Counted from the first letter of the stretch, positions 38,621 through 53,075 are shown. The stretch is 64,000 nt of DNA from Vicugna vicugna (GCA_013265495.1 MU058654.1:62001-126000); one strand, 5' to 3'. Notes: generated by a model not told the origin, from the letters alone. Translations and numbers: made by a program.

Positions 38621-39149
38621 CTACTACCATAGGAAATGCAGGGTCCTGGGCAGCTCTGAGGCTCCAGGTAGCAGGAACGAGCAGAGAATTTCTCCAGGGC
38701 TACATGGCCAGGATGAATCCCTTTCAATGCAGTTCAGTTAAACTTTAAAAGTAATAGAAAAGGAGGGAAAGGATGAAGAGTATCAAAGAAAAGATAAAGG
38801 TGACATGATTTCACTGCAGCTCATGGTAAATTTGTCTCTGATGTTAAAAAAAAGGAAAAAAGAAAAGAAAGAAAGAAAAGTAACAGAAACTCTCTGAAAA
38901 GCACTTTGACAATATGTACCAAAATCTTAAAAAGGTTTTATACCCATTGCCAGACAATTTCTTTTCAGAGAATCCACCCCAAAGAATAATAGTCAAGTTT
39001 ATTTACCAAGATACTTACAACATCAGTGTTGATCAGCTGTGAGTCTGTTTGAATTTGGCTTAGGTACTGCACTACTCCTTGGCCAGGAGAATAAGAAAAG
39101 AGTCCCACAAAACTGGAATGCAAGGGAAGGACATTATCTACTTATTTAA

Positions 39150-39370
39150 CAAATAATGTATAGTGTTTCTGATGTGCCAGACACTGTTCTAGTTGCTTTT
39201 GCAATTGGAGTAACTACTCAATTAATCTGCGTAATGCCCCCTTAATGTTGGAACTATTTTATACCCATTTTACAGATGATTACCCATAAGCACAGAGGTG
39301 TTGTCCAGGGTCACAAAGCAAATAAGTGCCAGAATCAAGATTCAAATAAAACATTGTGACTCCAAAGCCA
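39150..39370 (-). mobile_element. MIR SINE
   Basis: atgtgccagacactgttcta...cccattttacagatga...tccagggtcacaaagc...gtgactccaaagcc. Confidence 0.85.
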
Positions 39371-40754
39371 ATGTATCACATAGTTCTCCCAAAGAGAATC
39401 AAGGTGCTATTGCCAGAGGGGAACAGTTTGTGTTCAGGCAAAATCATGGCGTCTGCCACAGTCAGTGGTTACTGCCCAGAGCAGTTCCCCTTTCAAAGAT
39501 TTCCTGACTCCCAAAGGCTGTAATGCTCACACTACTTGGAGGAGTGCTTTCTAGCTGCCTTGAAATATCTGTCTTGTCTGAAGGACCCAATACGACACGG
39601 TATCCACAGCGCAATGCGTTCAGCGCTTGCTGAAAAATAAGCACTGCTCTATGGTACTGAACAGATTTCGGAGAGAAGTTTTCTTCTTTGATGTTCACCT
39701 TGAAGTTTGTATAGACAGGGTCTTTGAAGGGAAATGGAAACCTGTGAATAAACGTGATTCAAACAATATGCAAGTTTCTACCTTGGGTTCCATTCATTTC
39801 CCTGTTCCATTATAATACCAAATTGGTCTGAACATAGCTGGGAATTTATCACCCAGTCTAATATAATAGCAGAAGAGACTAAGGAATTTTAATGCACTGG
39901 AGGTACTTGTTTTAAAGTCAAAACAGTAAAACATGTGACAAGTATTTGATATACATTAGTAAATTCTTGAAATTTATTTATTCAAAAATATCTGTTAGGA
40001 CCTAGCATGAGCCAGCTACCAGGCTAGGTTCTGGGCACCATTCTAAGCCATGTCTCTGAAATTTGATTACTGAAGAAAAGGAGTTATCTGTGGTGGTAAG
40101 TGTTGATTTAGCTACTTTAGTCAAATAATTCACAATATATTTTGTAGAGTAATATAATAAACGTGTTGCTTGATTTAAACATGAGTCAATTCATCTAAAA
40201 TATTCAAACTAGTGGCCCAGATATACCATGTCATATATATCCACTTACACGCAGGTGCTCAGTGTTAGAGCTGCCTCTGGTGCCACAGAATGCCTGCCTC
40301 TGGCTCTTAACTACACAAGTTAGTAAGCGAAAATTACACACCAGATTTGATTCACGTTGGTCAACAAGCAATACAATTCTGACATCAAAACAAACGTTTG
40401 TTTCAGCTCTCAGTAAACGAATTAATTTTACTTTACTTCTTATTTTGGGAATACACAAGACAAGTCAATTTTATAGCAACTTTTCTATTCATAAGGATAT
40501 GAGAAATTGTGTAAACTTTAGAATTTTGATTAAAGGTTTAAAGAAAGCAAAGAACTGCATCATTCTACGTAATTATTATTCTTAGAGTAGATTACCTGAA
40601 ATGGGATTGCCAGAGCAAAATATGTAGAACTTTTAAAGATCTTGTATATTGTGTTACATTGCTCTTCAAAGTGTTTCTCTTACTTTTAGAATTTAATGGG
40701 GAAGTGAAAGGAAATACCAGATTTACAGCATTGTTCTGAATCCCATTGCTTCTT

Positions 40755-41062
40755 TTTCTTTTTCATGAAGTACAGTCAGTTACAATGTGTCAATTTCTGG
40801 TGTACAGCACAATGTCCCAGTCATGCCAATATATATATATATATATTCGTTTTCATTGTCTATTTCATTAAAGGTTATTGCAAGATATTGACTATAGTTC
40901 CCTGCGCTATACAGAAGAAATTTAGGGTTTTTTTAATCTATTTTTTAATCTATATTTAATCTATATATAGTAGTTAACATTTGAAAATCTCAAACTCCCA
41001 AATTCATTCCTTCCCACCCTCTTTCTCCCGGTAACCGTAAGATTGTTTACTGTGTCTGTGAA
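40755..41062 (-). mobile_element. Camelid-type L1 3' end with ~19-bp TSD (1 mismatch)
   Basis: tctgaatcccattgcttct at 40735-40753 vs tctgaatccctttgcttct at 41063-41081. Confidence 0.95.
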
Positions 41063-41584
41063 TCTGAATCCCTTTGCTTCTTACCTTTTACACCATTACC
41101 ATGCTTCATTCAACAGGAGAAAAATGACACCTTCCTGTTTTAATGTGCATGCTTTCAAGAAGTATTTGTGGCATGCCCACCACTAGAAATGTTGACAAAG
41201 ATGTTCGTTTCATAAACAATGGTGTCAGCATGTGAATTAGGAAGCAGAGACCAGGGATAAGATATTCTCAAAAACATAGGCATTAAATGATGGAATAGAT
41301 ATTATCTTAACCACAAGAAGTTCTGAATGCAAAAACTTGAGATGGCAAACAGAAACATTAACAAAAAGGCATCTTTATGTTTTTTTTTAAATTTTGAGTT
41401 TCATATATTTGCCAAAAGAACTTTTATCACTGAATAAGTTACTGAAATATTCTTAGAATGCACCTGCCCATGTCCTGCAAAATAATTGAATAGTATACTG
41501 TATCATGCCTTTACTTGTACTGAGAGCCTTACATTTTAATTAGAATTATGAACCAAAAAAATGTGCCTTTCCATTTAATCTATT

Positions 41585-42025
41585 ACATTAGCTTCCCATT
41601 GCTGTTGTAACAAATTGCAGAGGACTTCAAGCAACACACATTTCTTATCTTAAACCCCTTGAGGTCAGAAGTCAAACTGATTGCAGTGGGTAAAAATCAA
41701 GGTGATGGCTAGGCTATGTTCCTTCTGGAGATTCAAGGGGAGAATTCATTCAAGCTTCTGGTTGTTCCTTGGCTCATGGCCACACCCTCCAAGTGCAAAC
41801 GAAGTAGCTCCTTCAAATGTCTCTCTGGCTCTGCTTCCATTGTTGCATCTTATCTGACTCTCCAAAAGACCCCTGTGATTTACACCGGCCCCACCCAGAC
41901 AATCCAGGATGATGTCCTTAATCACATCTGCAAAGTTCCTCCTGTCAAGGATGGTAAAAAAAATTCACAGGTTGTGTGAATTAGGATCTGGACATCTTTG
42001 GGGGCCACTCCTCTGCTTGTATCAC
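41585..42025 (-). mobile_element. MaLR solo LTR (MLT1C/D-like)
   Basis: attgctgttgtaacaaatt...gaggtcagaagtc...cccacccagacaatccaggat...ggacatctttgggggcca. Confidence 0.85.
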
Positions 42026-42429
42026 CTATATTCTGCAGAAATGTAAGATTTTGTGACAAATTGTATTGAAGATGTCATAAATGCCAGTGCGTTCAGGTTG
42101 CAAACATTCATTAAATTCTGTTATGGTTTGTGGTGGAGACAAAATATACTTCATCTTTTGTGATGAGCTGTAGGAAAGTACTATTTCCTTTCCTTAATCG
42201 CATGCTACTCTCATTTTTCTCATTTCAGAGTAAAGTTAATGCTTTAACAAAAGCATACTTATTAGCTAATGAGAAAATTGAAATCAGGCTATTTTGTAAA
42301 TTAATAACTGCATTATACTCAATGCACATTGAAGATATTAGATGGCTAGAATTTTCTATGTACAAGAAAGGATACATTTTAATTATCTCATTTTCTCTTC
42401 TTACTATGTGACTTTAATAATAAGAGCAT

Positions 42430-42790
42430 GTCATGATGGAAATAGCTACAGGCTTTAGAATCAGACCAGTCAGAGTTCAAATTCTGGCTTTTCTACCTAT
42501 TATTTATTTTCATTAAAAAATGTTCAAAAAAAGAATATGAAAACAAATATATGTACGTTCAGGTATGACTGAGGCATTGTGCTGCACACCAGAAATTGAT
42601 ACAACATTGTAAACTGTCTATATTTCAATAAAAACATATACAGAAACTTTAAAATATATATTTAATGTTTCTGAGCCTTTGTAAAATAGGTATTGTAATA
42701 TTTACACTGTGATATTGTAAAGATTAGGTAAAATTAGAAAAAAATTCAGTAAACTAATGTATGAAAATGATTTGACATGTAACATGTCCT
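42430..42790 (+). mobile_element. MIR split by a short camelid-type L1 tail (~42520-42640, +)
   Basis: MIR 5' aggctttagaatcagacc...gagttcaaattctggct; L1 tail gaatatgaaaac...acaccagaaattgatacaacattgtaaactg; MIR resumes at tttctgagcctttgtaaaatagg. Confidence 0.8.
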
Positions 42791-45700
42791 CAAAAATGTT
42801 AGTTTCCTTTTTCTACTATTTTGCTTTAAAAATTACTTATTCCATCTGCTTATATAGATATTTCTTTATACTGATAGCTCAAAGATTTGAAAATATTCTA
42901 TTCTGTTGCTTGAAGAAAGTTAAAGACAACTGGTTTCCCCCTTTACTGAAATCTGTTTTTGCTGCATCTGGAAAAATTAACGTGGCAGTGCATTTGTTTG
43001 CAGGTAAGGAAAACACATCACTTGAATGTTAATATATACCCATCCATATCCTATTTGCCTCCAAGTCCTTTTGAGGTAGAGTGATTTGTTTCAGATTATA
43101 ATCTGAATAAGCGGTGCATTTTATAGACTCTCATTCATAGGAGTTCAGCAATGAAGATCTTAGTGGGCAAAGAGAGCAAGAGATCATTAAGAAAGGATGG
43201 ACATTCTGCATAGAACGTTGTATTCTATGTATGTATGCAACAGATGACCCTACTTTTGAATGACACTAGAACTTACCAAAGCAAGAAAAGTTACTTGCTT
43301 TAGGGAAATCTTGGAAAAGAACTGTACCTTCAAGTCAGTTTCCCTGGACTCCTCCCTTGCACATCTTCAGCAAGTTCAGCTCTTGCTGAAAATGTCCTCC
43401 CAAAAGAAGTTTCAGGGCACAGTTATTATATTAACTGAACTACTACATACTCATTAAAAAGTTTAAAATATGCATTAGCACTTTGTTTTATTTATTTTTC
43501 TGATGCAAGATGGCTTTCCAGGAATATAACCCTGGCTCATAACACTGCACCTTTTCTATATAAGATCTGATTTATGTGACTAAATCTATAACTATCATTC
43601 AGGTGGCAAGCAGATAAAAAGCTATGAATCACCTAGACTTTAGGAATTCATATGGTATAGAACTCATTACAGTTTGTGAATTGGAACAGGCAACATGATA
43701 TTTGAATAGAAATTAGACTCGCCATATAATTGCAGATTCTGAAATCTTTGAAAAAGTTGTGCGATAACCTCATTCTAAACATGGAAAGCAGGTATGCTAT
43801 AAAATGGAACAACCAGTTAAAAACTGACGAACTGAAAAGCAGTACACTGAAACACATTTTAACTTTTCCAGCATTCCCTTTTGAGTTTTTGGCAGATATC
43901 TGAATGAATTTTTTTTTTCTCATTTGAATGTGTTTTCTCATCATTGAAATGAACTGTCACTAGAAATCAACTGTCTATATTCCCAATGCATTCAATTTAT
44001 TTTATCAGTATTTTAGATTTTGTTAAAAGAAAGAAGAAATAGAAATCAATGACAAAAAATAGGAAATCATCCTCTTACTACCATCAGCCATTCTTGAAAT
44101 CAACACGGGATAATCTTGGGTGCCAGACTATGAAGCCTTAGAGATTCGGCTGAGAGTAAAAGTTGATTGCAGATTTACATTCAATCCTTAACTTGAAGTT
44201 TGCTCATATATAGCTATCCAAAACTTCTTATATAAGTTTAAATTCTGTTCATTGCAAGTTGATCTGGTGGCTTGTCATCAAGAGATCTGTAAGAAAACTA
44301 TTGCACAGAATTAGAAGAAAAGTTGAGTAATTCAACTTGAGTAAACTGAAGACCCAGCGCATATGCAGCAGCCTCAGTGGTAGGTCTTCATGGGTTTTTC
44401 TTTTTGTCTGCCAGAGACATCTGGCTGATCCTCAGATCCCTGACCTTGCTAGGTTCTGATTGGCTCCGATCAAGTTATGTGTCTCGGTGCCTAACCTGGG
44501 ACCAATTGGCCAGGAGTCAAGGTCTTGCCATCACAAATTGCTTCTGAAAGCCCACTTTGTTGGTGGACCTAGGGATATTAGAGAAATTATATTGGAAAGC
44601 CAAGTCACTAGGTGTCTTCTAAATTGGTACAATTTGGAGAAGAGGTAATAGGAATTTTTTCGTATATCCTAATTATTGTTGTAGCCAAGAACTTACTAAC
44701 TATTTTCTAATATTTTGAGCTACTAAGAGGATTATTTTCCATGGTGTTTAATAAATTGGTAGCTAGTTATGATATCTGCAATGGTAATAACAGATAGTTT
44801 AGGTTCCAGATGAAAATAGAGAAAAATGAATCTGCCTTTAACAAACAGGAAGAAAGAGAAAGAGGAAAAAAAGAAGATCAAAAGGTAGAGAATGTTTTTC
44901 TAAAAAAAAATGGGGGATGATTTTAAATATTAAAAATTTAAAGACTGATTTGGATGATTATGTTATTTCCAAGTCAACATATTCTTAGACTCAGCTGGAA
45001 GTGAAAACGTTACGGATGTGTAATAGTAGCTGTCTTTTTGTTGCATGCTAAGGATCCCACTTATATATCAAGAAGGACTTGAATATGCACATTTAGTGTA
45101 AGGAAATTAAATGCATCTCCCCAGCAACTTGTTTTAAGCCAAGGTCATTAATGAGTCTCATACCAAGAAGGGCATCCTAACATCTGTATGTGGCGCTATA
45201 TCAGACCTTCCTAATCAGAACTAACAGAGGCTAGAAATATTTCCTTAAGGAAAAGATGCTTGAAACTTTGCAAACTTCTGATGTCGGATCCTTTCGGTTT
45301 CTTCTTTTACGGTGAGCTCAGAATGTCTTTATTGGACTAGAACTTTCCAAAGTTATAGGACTGGCTTTGGAGCTCCACAGAACACATTGGCAGGTCTGTA
45401 ATTGAGGGAGACAATGCTGCCAGTACAAGCACCGGGAGAGTTCGGAAGTCCAAGAGCGGAGCATTCATCACCGTGATTCCACCTGACACTTGACTGAAAA
45501 CATTTTGCACTAATGTGCTTTGTGCCTGTCCAGACAATCTAAAAAGAAAGGATGCAAGGGCAATAGGTGTCTATTAAACAGAATAAACAGCCTCTGGCAC
45601 GTGAACACATTTCACACACTTGTGGCTCTCGGAGGGCCGGAGGGCGGTGAGGATGAGGGGAATGGAGGAAGGGTGAAGGCTCAGCCTTCTCTCCAGCAGC

Positions 45701-47314
45701 CGGGAAGGCTTGTCTCAGGTCACAGGGCTCTGCACAGCCCAGGCCACCCCAGCCTGGAGATTCACAGCCACAGTGCAGAAGGGGGCTGCAGCCAGTGCCA
45801 CCTTCTAGATGTGCAATTGAACGGGTTGAAGCCTTCCAGGCCATTCCTTCCAAATCTCTGATGAAATAGATTTGAGTCTCTTTCCCAGGATTATATTTTG
45901 AAAACTTAACTTCTGCATACGCGTAACTGCTCTAGGGTGGTTTTAAGCCTCTGCTTGTGGTTCCATTGAAAACAAAAAAGCCTTGCGCTTGTTGGCACAG
46001 TTGTCCGGCTTTGCTGATAGCACGCAAGGAAGATCAGGGTAAAGGCAGAGGGAGAGGAAGAACTCACTCTGGGCCCCATAATTGGCTCCCGTTTTGAACT
46101 GTGGAGAGGAGGGAAGACAGCAAAGGAGCCAGAAGGTGCTCTAACTAGAAACACATGGTCTTGGGAAAGTAAACACAGCTGGGGCCCGAACCTCACTCCC
46201 CTCATCGTCCTCGCCTCCGGCCTCCCCAGGATCGCATTTTCATTCCTGGTATTTATGATCATCTGTTTGGATTATCATTAAGAAATGTGGCAATTTTCAA
46301 GGGAGACTAGATATGAATCTAATTTCTAGGGCTGTGCTTAATCAGAAAAGTCAATCATATTTTTCAAAGACTAGAACAATGGATTTTATTAATAATCCTC
46401 TGTTTCTTGAGCTGTTCTAAGTCATTGGATATTTCTAAGGTGCCTGCAGTCCAACCTTTCTTTACTCACTTGAATTTCTAAGTAAATAACATGTGATTCA
46501 AGGATCCTTTAGGTCTCATGGAAAGATGGGAAGATCGTAAGACTGGTTATGAAACTAGTAGCCCATCCTCTTCCCTCTGTGTTGGAAAAAGGGACTTGAG
46601 ATTTGAGTAGCACCGTGGTGTCTTCACGTGCATAACCATTTTCCTCACTTATGTGTAGTGTCATTCATTCCTTTGGATGGGGCTGTAATACAAGTGTTTT
46701 CTAGAAACTGTAAAATAATAGGACAATGATTTAGATAGTAATAACTTGGCAGAGATATCTTAGTCAATAAGCATAGGACAGAGCAAGAAACACTTTTGTC
46801 CTGGGGAACATGTGGGAAACCCCAAAGGGTAGTGCCCAGGTGGGCAACTTATACTAATAGATTTTGAAAAAATCTGTATCGTTCAGGGGTTCAGAGTCAT
46901 ATTTAAGAAAAAGAATGCATATAGGAGAGGTGAGTTATGTCAGCTTTACAGTTTTACCTAAGCCAAATAAGACTACTACATTTTGTTTTAAAATCATCTT
47001 ACTTTCTTTGGTGCAGAATTCTGTCTGTAAAAAGAATCCTGATGGAACTTTCAGGATTTTTCTATTTTCACGTATACAATCCAAATGTTCTTAGAGCTAT
47101 GAATAATGAGTCCATTCTTATTTTTCTTTGAATAATGACTTTACGCGTTCATTATTTTAACAAAGTGATAAAGAAACATATGACAGGAAAAAAGAAAAGG
47201 GAAACAAAATGTTTTTTAAAAAATCTGCCTACTACAAAACAGCCATTGTTGACATTAGGGAAATGTTACTCCACACATTTTAATTCATGTGTGTACATCA
47301 AAGAAATGGATACA

Positions 47315-47687
47315 CACTCATATGTGGAATCTAAAAAAAAAAAAGAAAGAAAGAAAAAGGAAAAAGAGGACACTAATGAACTCACCTACAAAACAGAAAC
47401 AGCCTCACAGATTTAGTAAACAATTTTATAGTTCCTGGGGGAAAGGGGGTGAGAAGGGATAAATTTGGGAGTTTGAGATTTGCAAAGGTTAACCATTATA
47501 TATAAAAATAGATTAAAAAACACATTTCTTCTGTCTAGCACAGGGAACTATAGTCAATAGCTTGTAATAAACTTTAATGGAAAAGAATATGGAAAAACAT
47601 ATATGTGCATATATGCATGACTGGGACATGATGCTGTACACCAGAAATTGACGCATTGTAACTGACTATACTTCAATTTAAAAAAAG
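47315..47687 (+). mobile_element. Camelid-type L1 3' end
   Basis: cactcatatgtggaatctaaaa...gggataaatttgggagtttgagatttgc...actgactatacttcaat plus A tail; imperfect TSD aaagaaat. Confidence 0.92.
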
Positions 47688-48317
47688 AAATAGGTATATA
47701 AAATATAAAACAACAGAGAGACAAAATGGATGGAAAATCTGTGGCTGTGTATTCATCCATCTATACATGGATGAACATTTAAAATGTCATAAACCATAGG
47801 TGTGAAATTTTTAAGGTTGAGAGTATTTTATTTTATTTGAAGTTTATAAAACAAGTAGAAATTGTGATAAAACTGGTAAATTCACTCAACTTTAGATAAA
47901 TGCTTTTATCACCACAAGATCTATTAGTTCCAAAAGACATTAAAGACTACAGAAAGAGATAGCTGTGAAAATTAAATACACTGGCGTCATTCTGTTTTTC
48001 TGAAACAAAATATTTCCATTTTAGTCAATGTCTATTGACCCCACACCATGAGAAATTAGAAAAATGGCATCCCTTCTTCCACATCTAATTCTTTTTTTTC
48101 CACATCTCCTTTTACCCTTTCCAAGTTGATGATGTTTTTATATTATGTTCCACAACTCTATTTTATTTTTTTCCTAAGTGCCATGAATGCTATGGCTAGT
48201 TATTTTTATTGTGGCTAATCCGTTTTTGAATTTGTTATTTGTATTTCTTTGTTGGTTCTCAACTGGCTATATGCTGTCATTGTTCTTATCATTTTTTTTT
48301 CTTTCTTTAATTCTTTA

Positions 48318-48700
48318 AATACCATATGATATCACTCATATGTGGAATCTAAAAAAAAAAAAAAGCAAAAAGAGGGCACTAATTAACTCATCCACAAAAC
48401 ACAAACAGATTCATGGACATAATAAACAATCTTACGGTTTCCAGGGGAAAGAGGGTGAGAAGGGATAAATTTGGGAGTTTGAGATTTGCAAAGGTTAACC
48501 ACTATATATAAAAATAGATTAAAACCACAGTTCTTCTGTCTAGCACAGGGAACTACAGTCAATAGCTTGCAATAGCCTTTAACGAAAAAGAATATGAAAA
48601 TGAATATATGTATATATATATGCATGACTGGGACATTGTGCTGGACACCAGAAATGGACACATTGTAATGGACTATATATCAATAAAAACAAGAAAAAAA
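48318..48700 (+). mobile_element. Camelid-type L1 3' end (same subfamily as 47315)
   Basis: Same diagnostic blocks and A-rich tail. Confidence 0.92.
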
Positions 48701-48994
48701 AGATTTAAAACTAAGTATTTTTTATTTTTCATTTTCTTCCTGGGCAGGGTAGTTTCAAAATTCTTGTGTGTTTAGAATGTGCAGAGCTGATCGGCTCCAG
48801 GATAATCGGTGTATAAAATGTGCATCCCCTACAGTTCCTTTCCTCAGTGCACTGTGGACACTTCCCTGCTCTCCTCTGCTTTCCAATGCTTCACTCATCC
48901 TTCTATAAGGGTTTCTTCATTCTTCTTTTGAATTTCATTGTTTTTGTTTGTTTGTTTGGCGTTATTTTTGGTTTTCAGTGACTTTTATATATAT

Positions 48995-49163
48995 ATATGT
49001 ATTTTATTGAATTATATCAATTTACAATGTGGTGTCAATTTCTGGTGTACAGCACAAGGCTTCAGTCATATAAGAATGTACTTATATTCATTTTCATATT
49101 CTTTTTTATCATAAGTTACTATAAGATACTGAATATAGTTCCCTGTGCTATACAGTATAAACT
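48995..49163 (-). mobile_element. Camelid-type L1 3' end
   Basis: tttacaatgtggtgtcaatttctggtgtacagc...gaatatagttccctgtgctatacagta. Confidence 0.9.
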
Positions 49164-51974
49164 AGATTTTTCAAATTTTTACTATAGTTCTGTATATGCA
49201 CCAGTCCCACCTCATTTCTGTCTTTCAGTTTCTAGTGCTGTAGCACATTGCTCTGAAGCTCCAGCCACAACCATTCAAACAGTGACACATGTCCCAAAAT
49301 ACAAATATGATTTGACTTTCAAAGAGCCAGTGCAAAATGTGAATGAAAAAAGGCTATTCACAAATCACATTTTCACCTGAAACAATCTGCAGAAATGTAG
49401 GTCTGCTAAAAGATGCACCCAATTAATTTGACTATACAAAGCACTCAACTTTTATGCCAAGCACAAGCATTCTACTTTCCTCTAGGAAAAAAAAAATCAA
49501 AGATATATTCAAGTGCAAACATCAGAGGCTTGCAAAGGGTTAAAGGGTTTAATAGCTTCACAGGGAATAAGTGTTCAGTGTATGTCAAAGCATTGGCTTA
49601 AAAAGAGTCCTTTCTCAAATTTCACATTCAAGTCCATGGATGCAAATCAAATATATATATATATATATATATCATTCATACAGTTCACCCACTTCTGCTT
49701 CACCAAGAAACAGAAATTGCCTGTGACTCTGTTATGGAGAAGAAGGTGTTTATCCAGAACTAGGGGGTGGTCTGTGTTGGAAAGAAATGACTCTTATGTA
49801 GAGTCTAACTGCATTTATGCAGCTAAAGTTACAAGTTTTAAAACTGCCTTCCTCTAAAGGAAAGGATTGATTCTATAGAACATTTTTTTTTAATTTTAAG
49901 ATACATATAAAATAGAGTTTACTTTTTCTCTCTCTAGCTATAGGATGAAATTATTTGGAACAATTTCATCTCTTTCGTTAGCTGACTAAGAGTAGAATTC
50001 GTTATTTGGAATACTTGGGGCTTAATCTATAGCTTATGTCTGCGTTGCTTTGAATAGATGCATCTTTGAGTAATTCTTTTAAATTAATTGTGTAGAGTTT
50101 TAATCTCCATTAATTAATAGGGAATAAAGAAAAAAAAAACTCAGTGATAACTATCACTGCTTACTAAGCAAAAAGTTTAAGCTGCATGTATGTACTAGGA
50201 CCAGACAAATCAAAGTTATGTTTTTATCTTTAGGGCATGGTAGCAGAATAGCGAAGACCTACATGAAAGGCTCTCCCTCGCTCTTCACCAATGCTGTCGG
50301 AAAATGGAGCTGAGAAAGCTAATGCTGCTATTAAGAGGGTGCAGCGTGGAGAGGTAGGCAGAGGGGACTTCAAAAGCGAGTGCTGCCGTGGTCCTCGAAG
50401 CATTTGATATGAAACCTGGACTCCAACTCTCATTTTCTCCCCTTTGAAGAGTTCTAATTGGGGAAGGAAAAAAAATCAAGCATTTTTGACAAGACCTATG
50501 CCGAAGAAAATTATGGGAGGCAAAGATGAAAAGGAACGTGTCCTGATTGTCCAGTTTTTAAGTCTCCAAACAGTAAGAGCACCATTGCAGTCACTGACGC
50601 TGAGCAGATTCATCGGGGAGGGTTGGGGAGGACCCCTCCGTGTGGCCAACCAAACCTGGAGGTTTCCCCGAGGTAATGGACCAGATACTTCTGGAAGGTT
50701 AGAAGTAAAAACAAAAATTAAAAAACAAAACGAAAGGTTCAAAAAAACAGAAGCTAGTTTGTTGTCAAACAATCTAAACAGTTACTTTTCGGATACCAGG
50801 AAATCAGTACAACAATACGGAGGTTTGTGACATTCTTGAAGTTGAACACTTACGAATGGCGAATTGTTTTACCTTAAATCATTTCACCGCCTCAAATTTC
50901 ACTTGATTAGTTTGGAAATGAATGTTGTTAATGCACAACAGAAACAGAAAACAAAAAAGTAATGAATAAAAAACTAATCAAAATCAAAATATGAGGGACA
51001 GCTATGAGACACCCCTGTGAAGACGATTACTATATTAAACCTGGTCCTACCAAAAACTTGATGAGTACAACATATTTTGAACATCATTACACATGTCATT
51101 TGTAAATTCTTGGATAAAAGTCATTTCTTTAAAAAAAGATGATACTTATCTTCTGTTAGAGCCAGTAATATCTTTGAAAGGGGGTCTGTATATACATTGA
51201 TTTTATTTGATCAGATATCTGTCCAAAAAAAGAAAAAAGTCAATTAAGTACAAAATAACAAAATAATTTTTAAAATGCTATTCAATGACAGGTTTTTTTT
51301 TCAAAATAGGCAAAAAAAGAGTCACAACCAATTAAAATCCAACTTCTGAAAATTCTTTGTTTCATATTTTTTATTAGTCTGACAAGGAGAAATACTTGAG
51401 AAATACTTCAGGCTTGACTAAAAGTAACCTGAAGCTGGAAACCGCTTCAGGAAAAAACAATTTAATAAAAGTGTTCAGGTTAAACGTATATTTTCAAGAA
51501 TACATCTGTTTTGAAAGAAGCCCTATTAAATTACAATCGTAGTGCCTCACTTGATAAATGGGTACTCATTGATTGACTGTCAGATATGCTCTTCTGAAGA
51601 GTTTATTAAATAAGGGTAAAAATAGAGCTTTCACAAATCTTCCTCTAGACACCCACACCCCAAGTCTTTCTCATTTTACCTAGGAGCCTCCAAGGGCAAC
51701 CCCCACTGGCATCTTCTAGGTAAGAGCAGGCAGCGCACAGTTGGGTAGTTTTGATACAAGAGTGGACATGATATCATTTTTGCTTATTTGGAAATATGAT
51801 AACATTTTCTGTTTCAACATTTAGCCAAACTCAGGTTGTCTTTGGCCCCATGGCTTTAAATTAGCATGCCTTGTTCAAAGACTATTATCTCCTTCAGGTG
51901 GGGGCTGTACTTAAAATTCAAAATCACAGAATTTTTAGACCTCAGAGGAAATATTTTAATCTAGCTTCAACTCC

Positions 51975-53075
51975 CTCCGTTCCAACCAAAGACTCTTACT
52001 AAGGTCACTACTAAGCTCTGTTTTGCCAAACCCAATGGGTATTTTTTTTATCCCATTTTACTTTATCTCTTAGAAACATTCAAGATTATGAAAATGTGCA
52101 CATTCTCTTCCTTTAGACTCTGTGACCCTGTCCTCTCTAGTTTTCCTCTCTCTGACCAATCTGGTCCACCAGCTTTGCTGGCGTACTTAACGCTCCTCAG
52201 CACTGAATTGCAGCATCCCTCACGGCTCTATCCTCTGACTCTCTCATATCCGTTTATACCCTCCACCTGGATACGGTCACATTCTAAAATTATTTCAATC
52301 ACCAACTACGTATTGATGACTCGTAATTCTAAGCCTGTGACCTCTTCCTAAACTTCCATCACGATTACCTAAGAGCCACCAGGGCCACCTGAGTTAGAGA
52401 TAGCCACGAAGACCCATGTCTTTTACATTCAACGTGTTCAAAATGACAGAACCTAGGACCAAATCGCCTCGATTCCAGACTTGGATCCACAGTTCGCCAG
52501 CTGTGGGGGCACTGCTTGCTCCCGCACACTGCCCTGCCTCAGTGTCTTTAACTCTGAATATGAAAACTATTAGCACCCCCACCCCCGACACTCTTGTTAT
52601 GAAGATTAAAGGAACTACTATATGAAAACTCTTTACAAAATGCAATCTGGTCAGGTCACTGCCCTGCTAAAAAATCCCTTCAATGTCTTCCCTTAATTCT
52701 AGATAAAACTACAAAAACTGACCAGCCCTCAAGGCCCTGTATGAGCTAATTTTACCCTCCATCATGGTTCCCTGCTGACCACACTACAGTTAGGTAGGTC
52801 CACCTTCATTTCTGCCACCGCCCAGCCCCCTTCCCACCTCATGATGTTTGCACAGACTGTTTATTCTACTTGGGATGATTTTTTCCCCTACCTTTGTCAA
52901 TACTACGGCTTTTTATCATTGACACTTCAAAACTAATGTCATTGCCTCTAGAAATCCTGCCTGACTCACCCGGATTACACAAACGTCCCCTATTATTTTC
53001 TCAGATCATCCTGTGTATTTCCTATTGTAAAAACATAAATCTCTGAACGGCTTCTGTAATATGTGTTTATTTATG
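51975..53075 (+). mobile_element. L2 fragment
   Basis: cttactaaggtcacta...gccaaacccaatgg...ggtcactgccctgctaaaaaatcccttcaatgtcttccc. Confidence 0.75.

Noticed and set aside
44320..44392. Short hairpins suggesting a pre-miRNA
   Set aside because: Stems of 8-10 bp only and no recognised mature miRNA
45337..46262. Cluster of 66-118 aa ORFs and a minus-strand acceptor near 45539
   Set aside because: Higher local GC explains the open frames; no good donor and no recognisable product
50230..50830. Overlapping ORFs up to 128 aa
   Set aside because: Non-ATG starts for most, frames run through A-tracts, and no homology recognised
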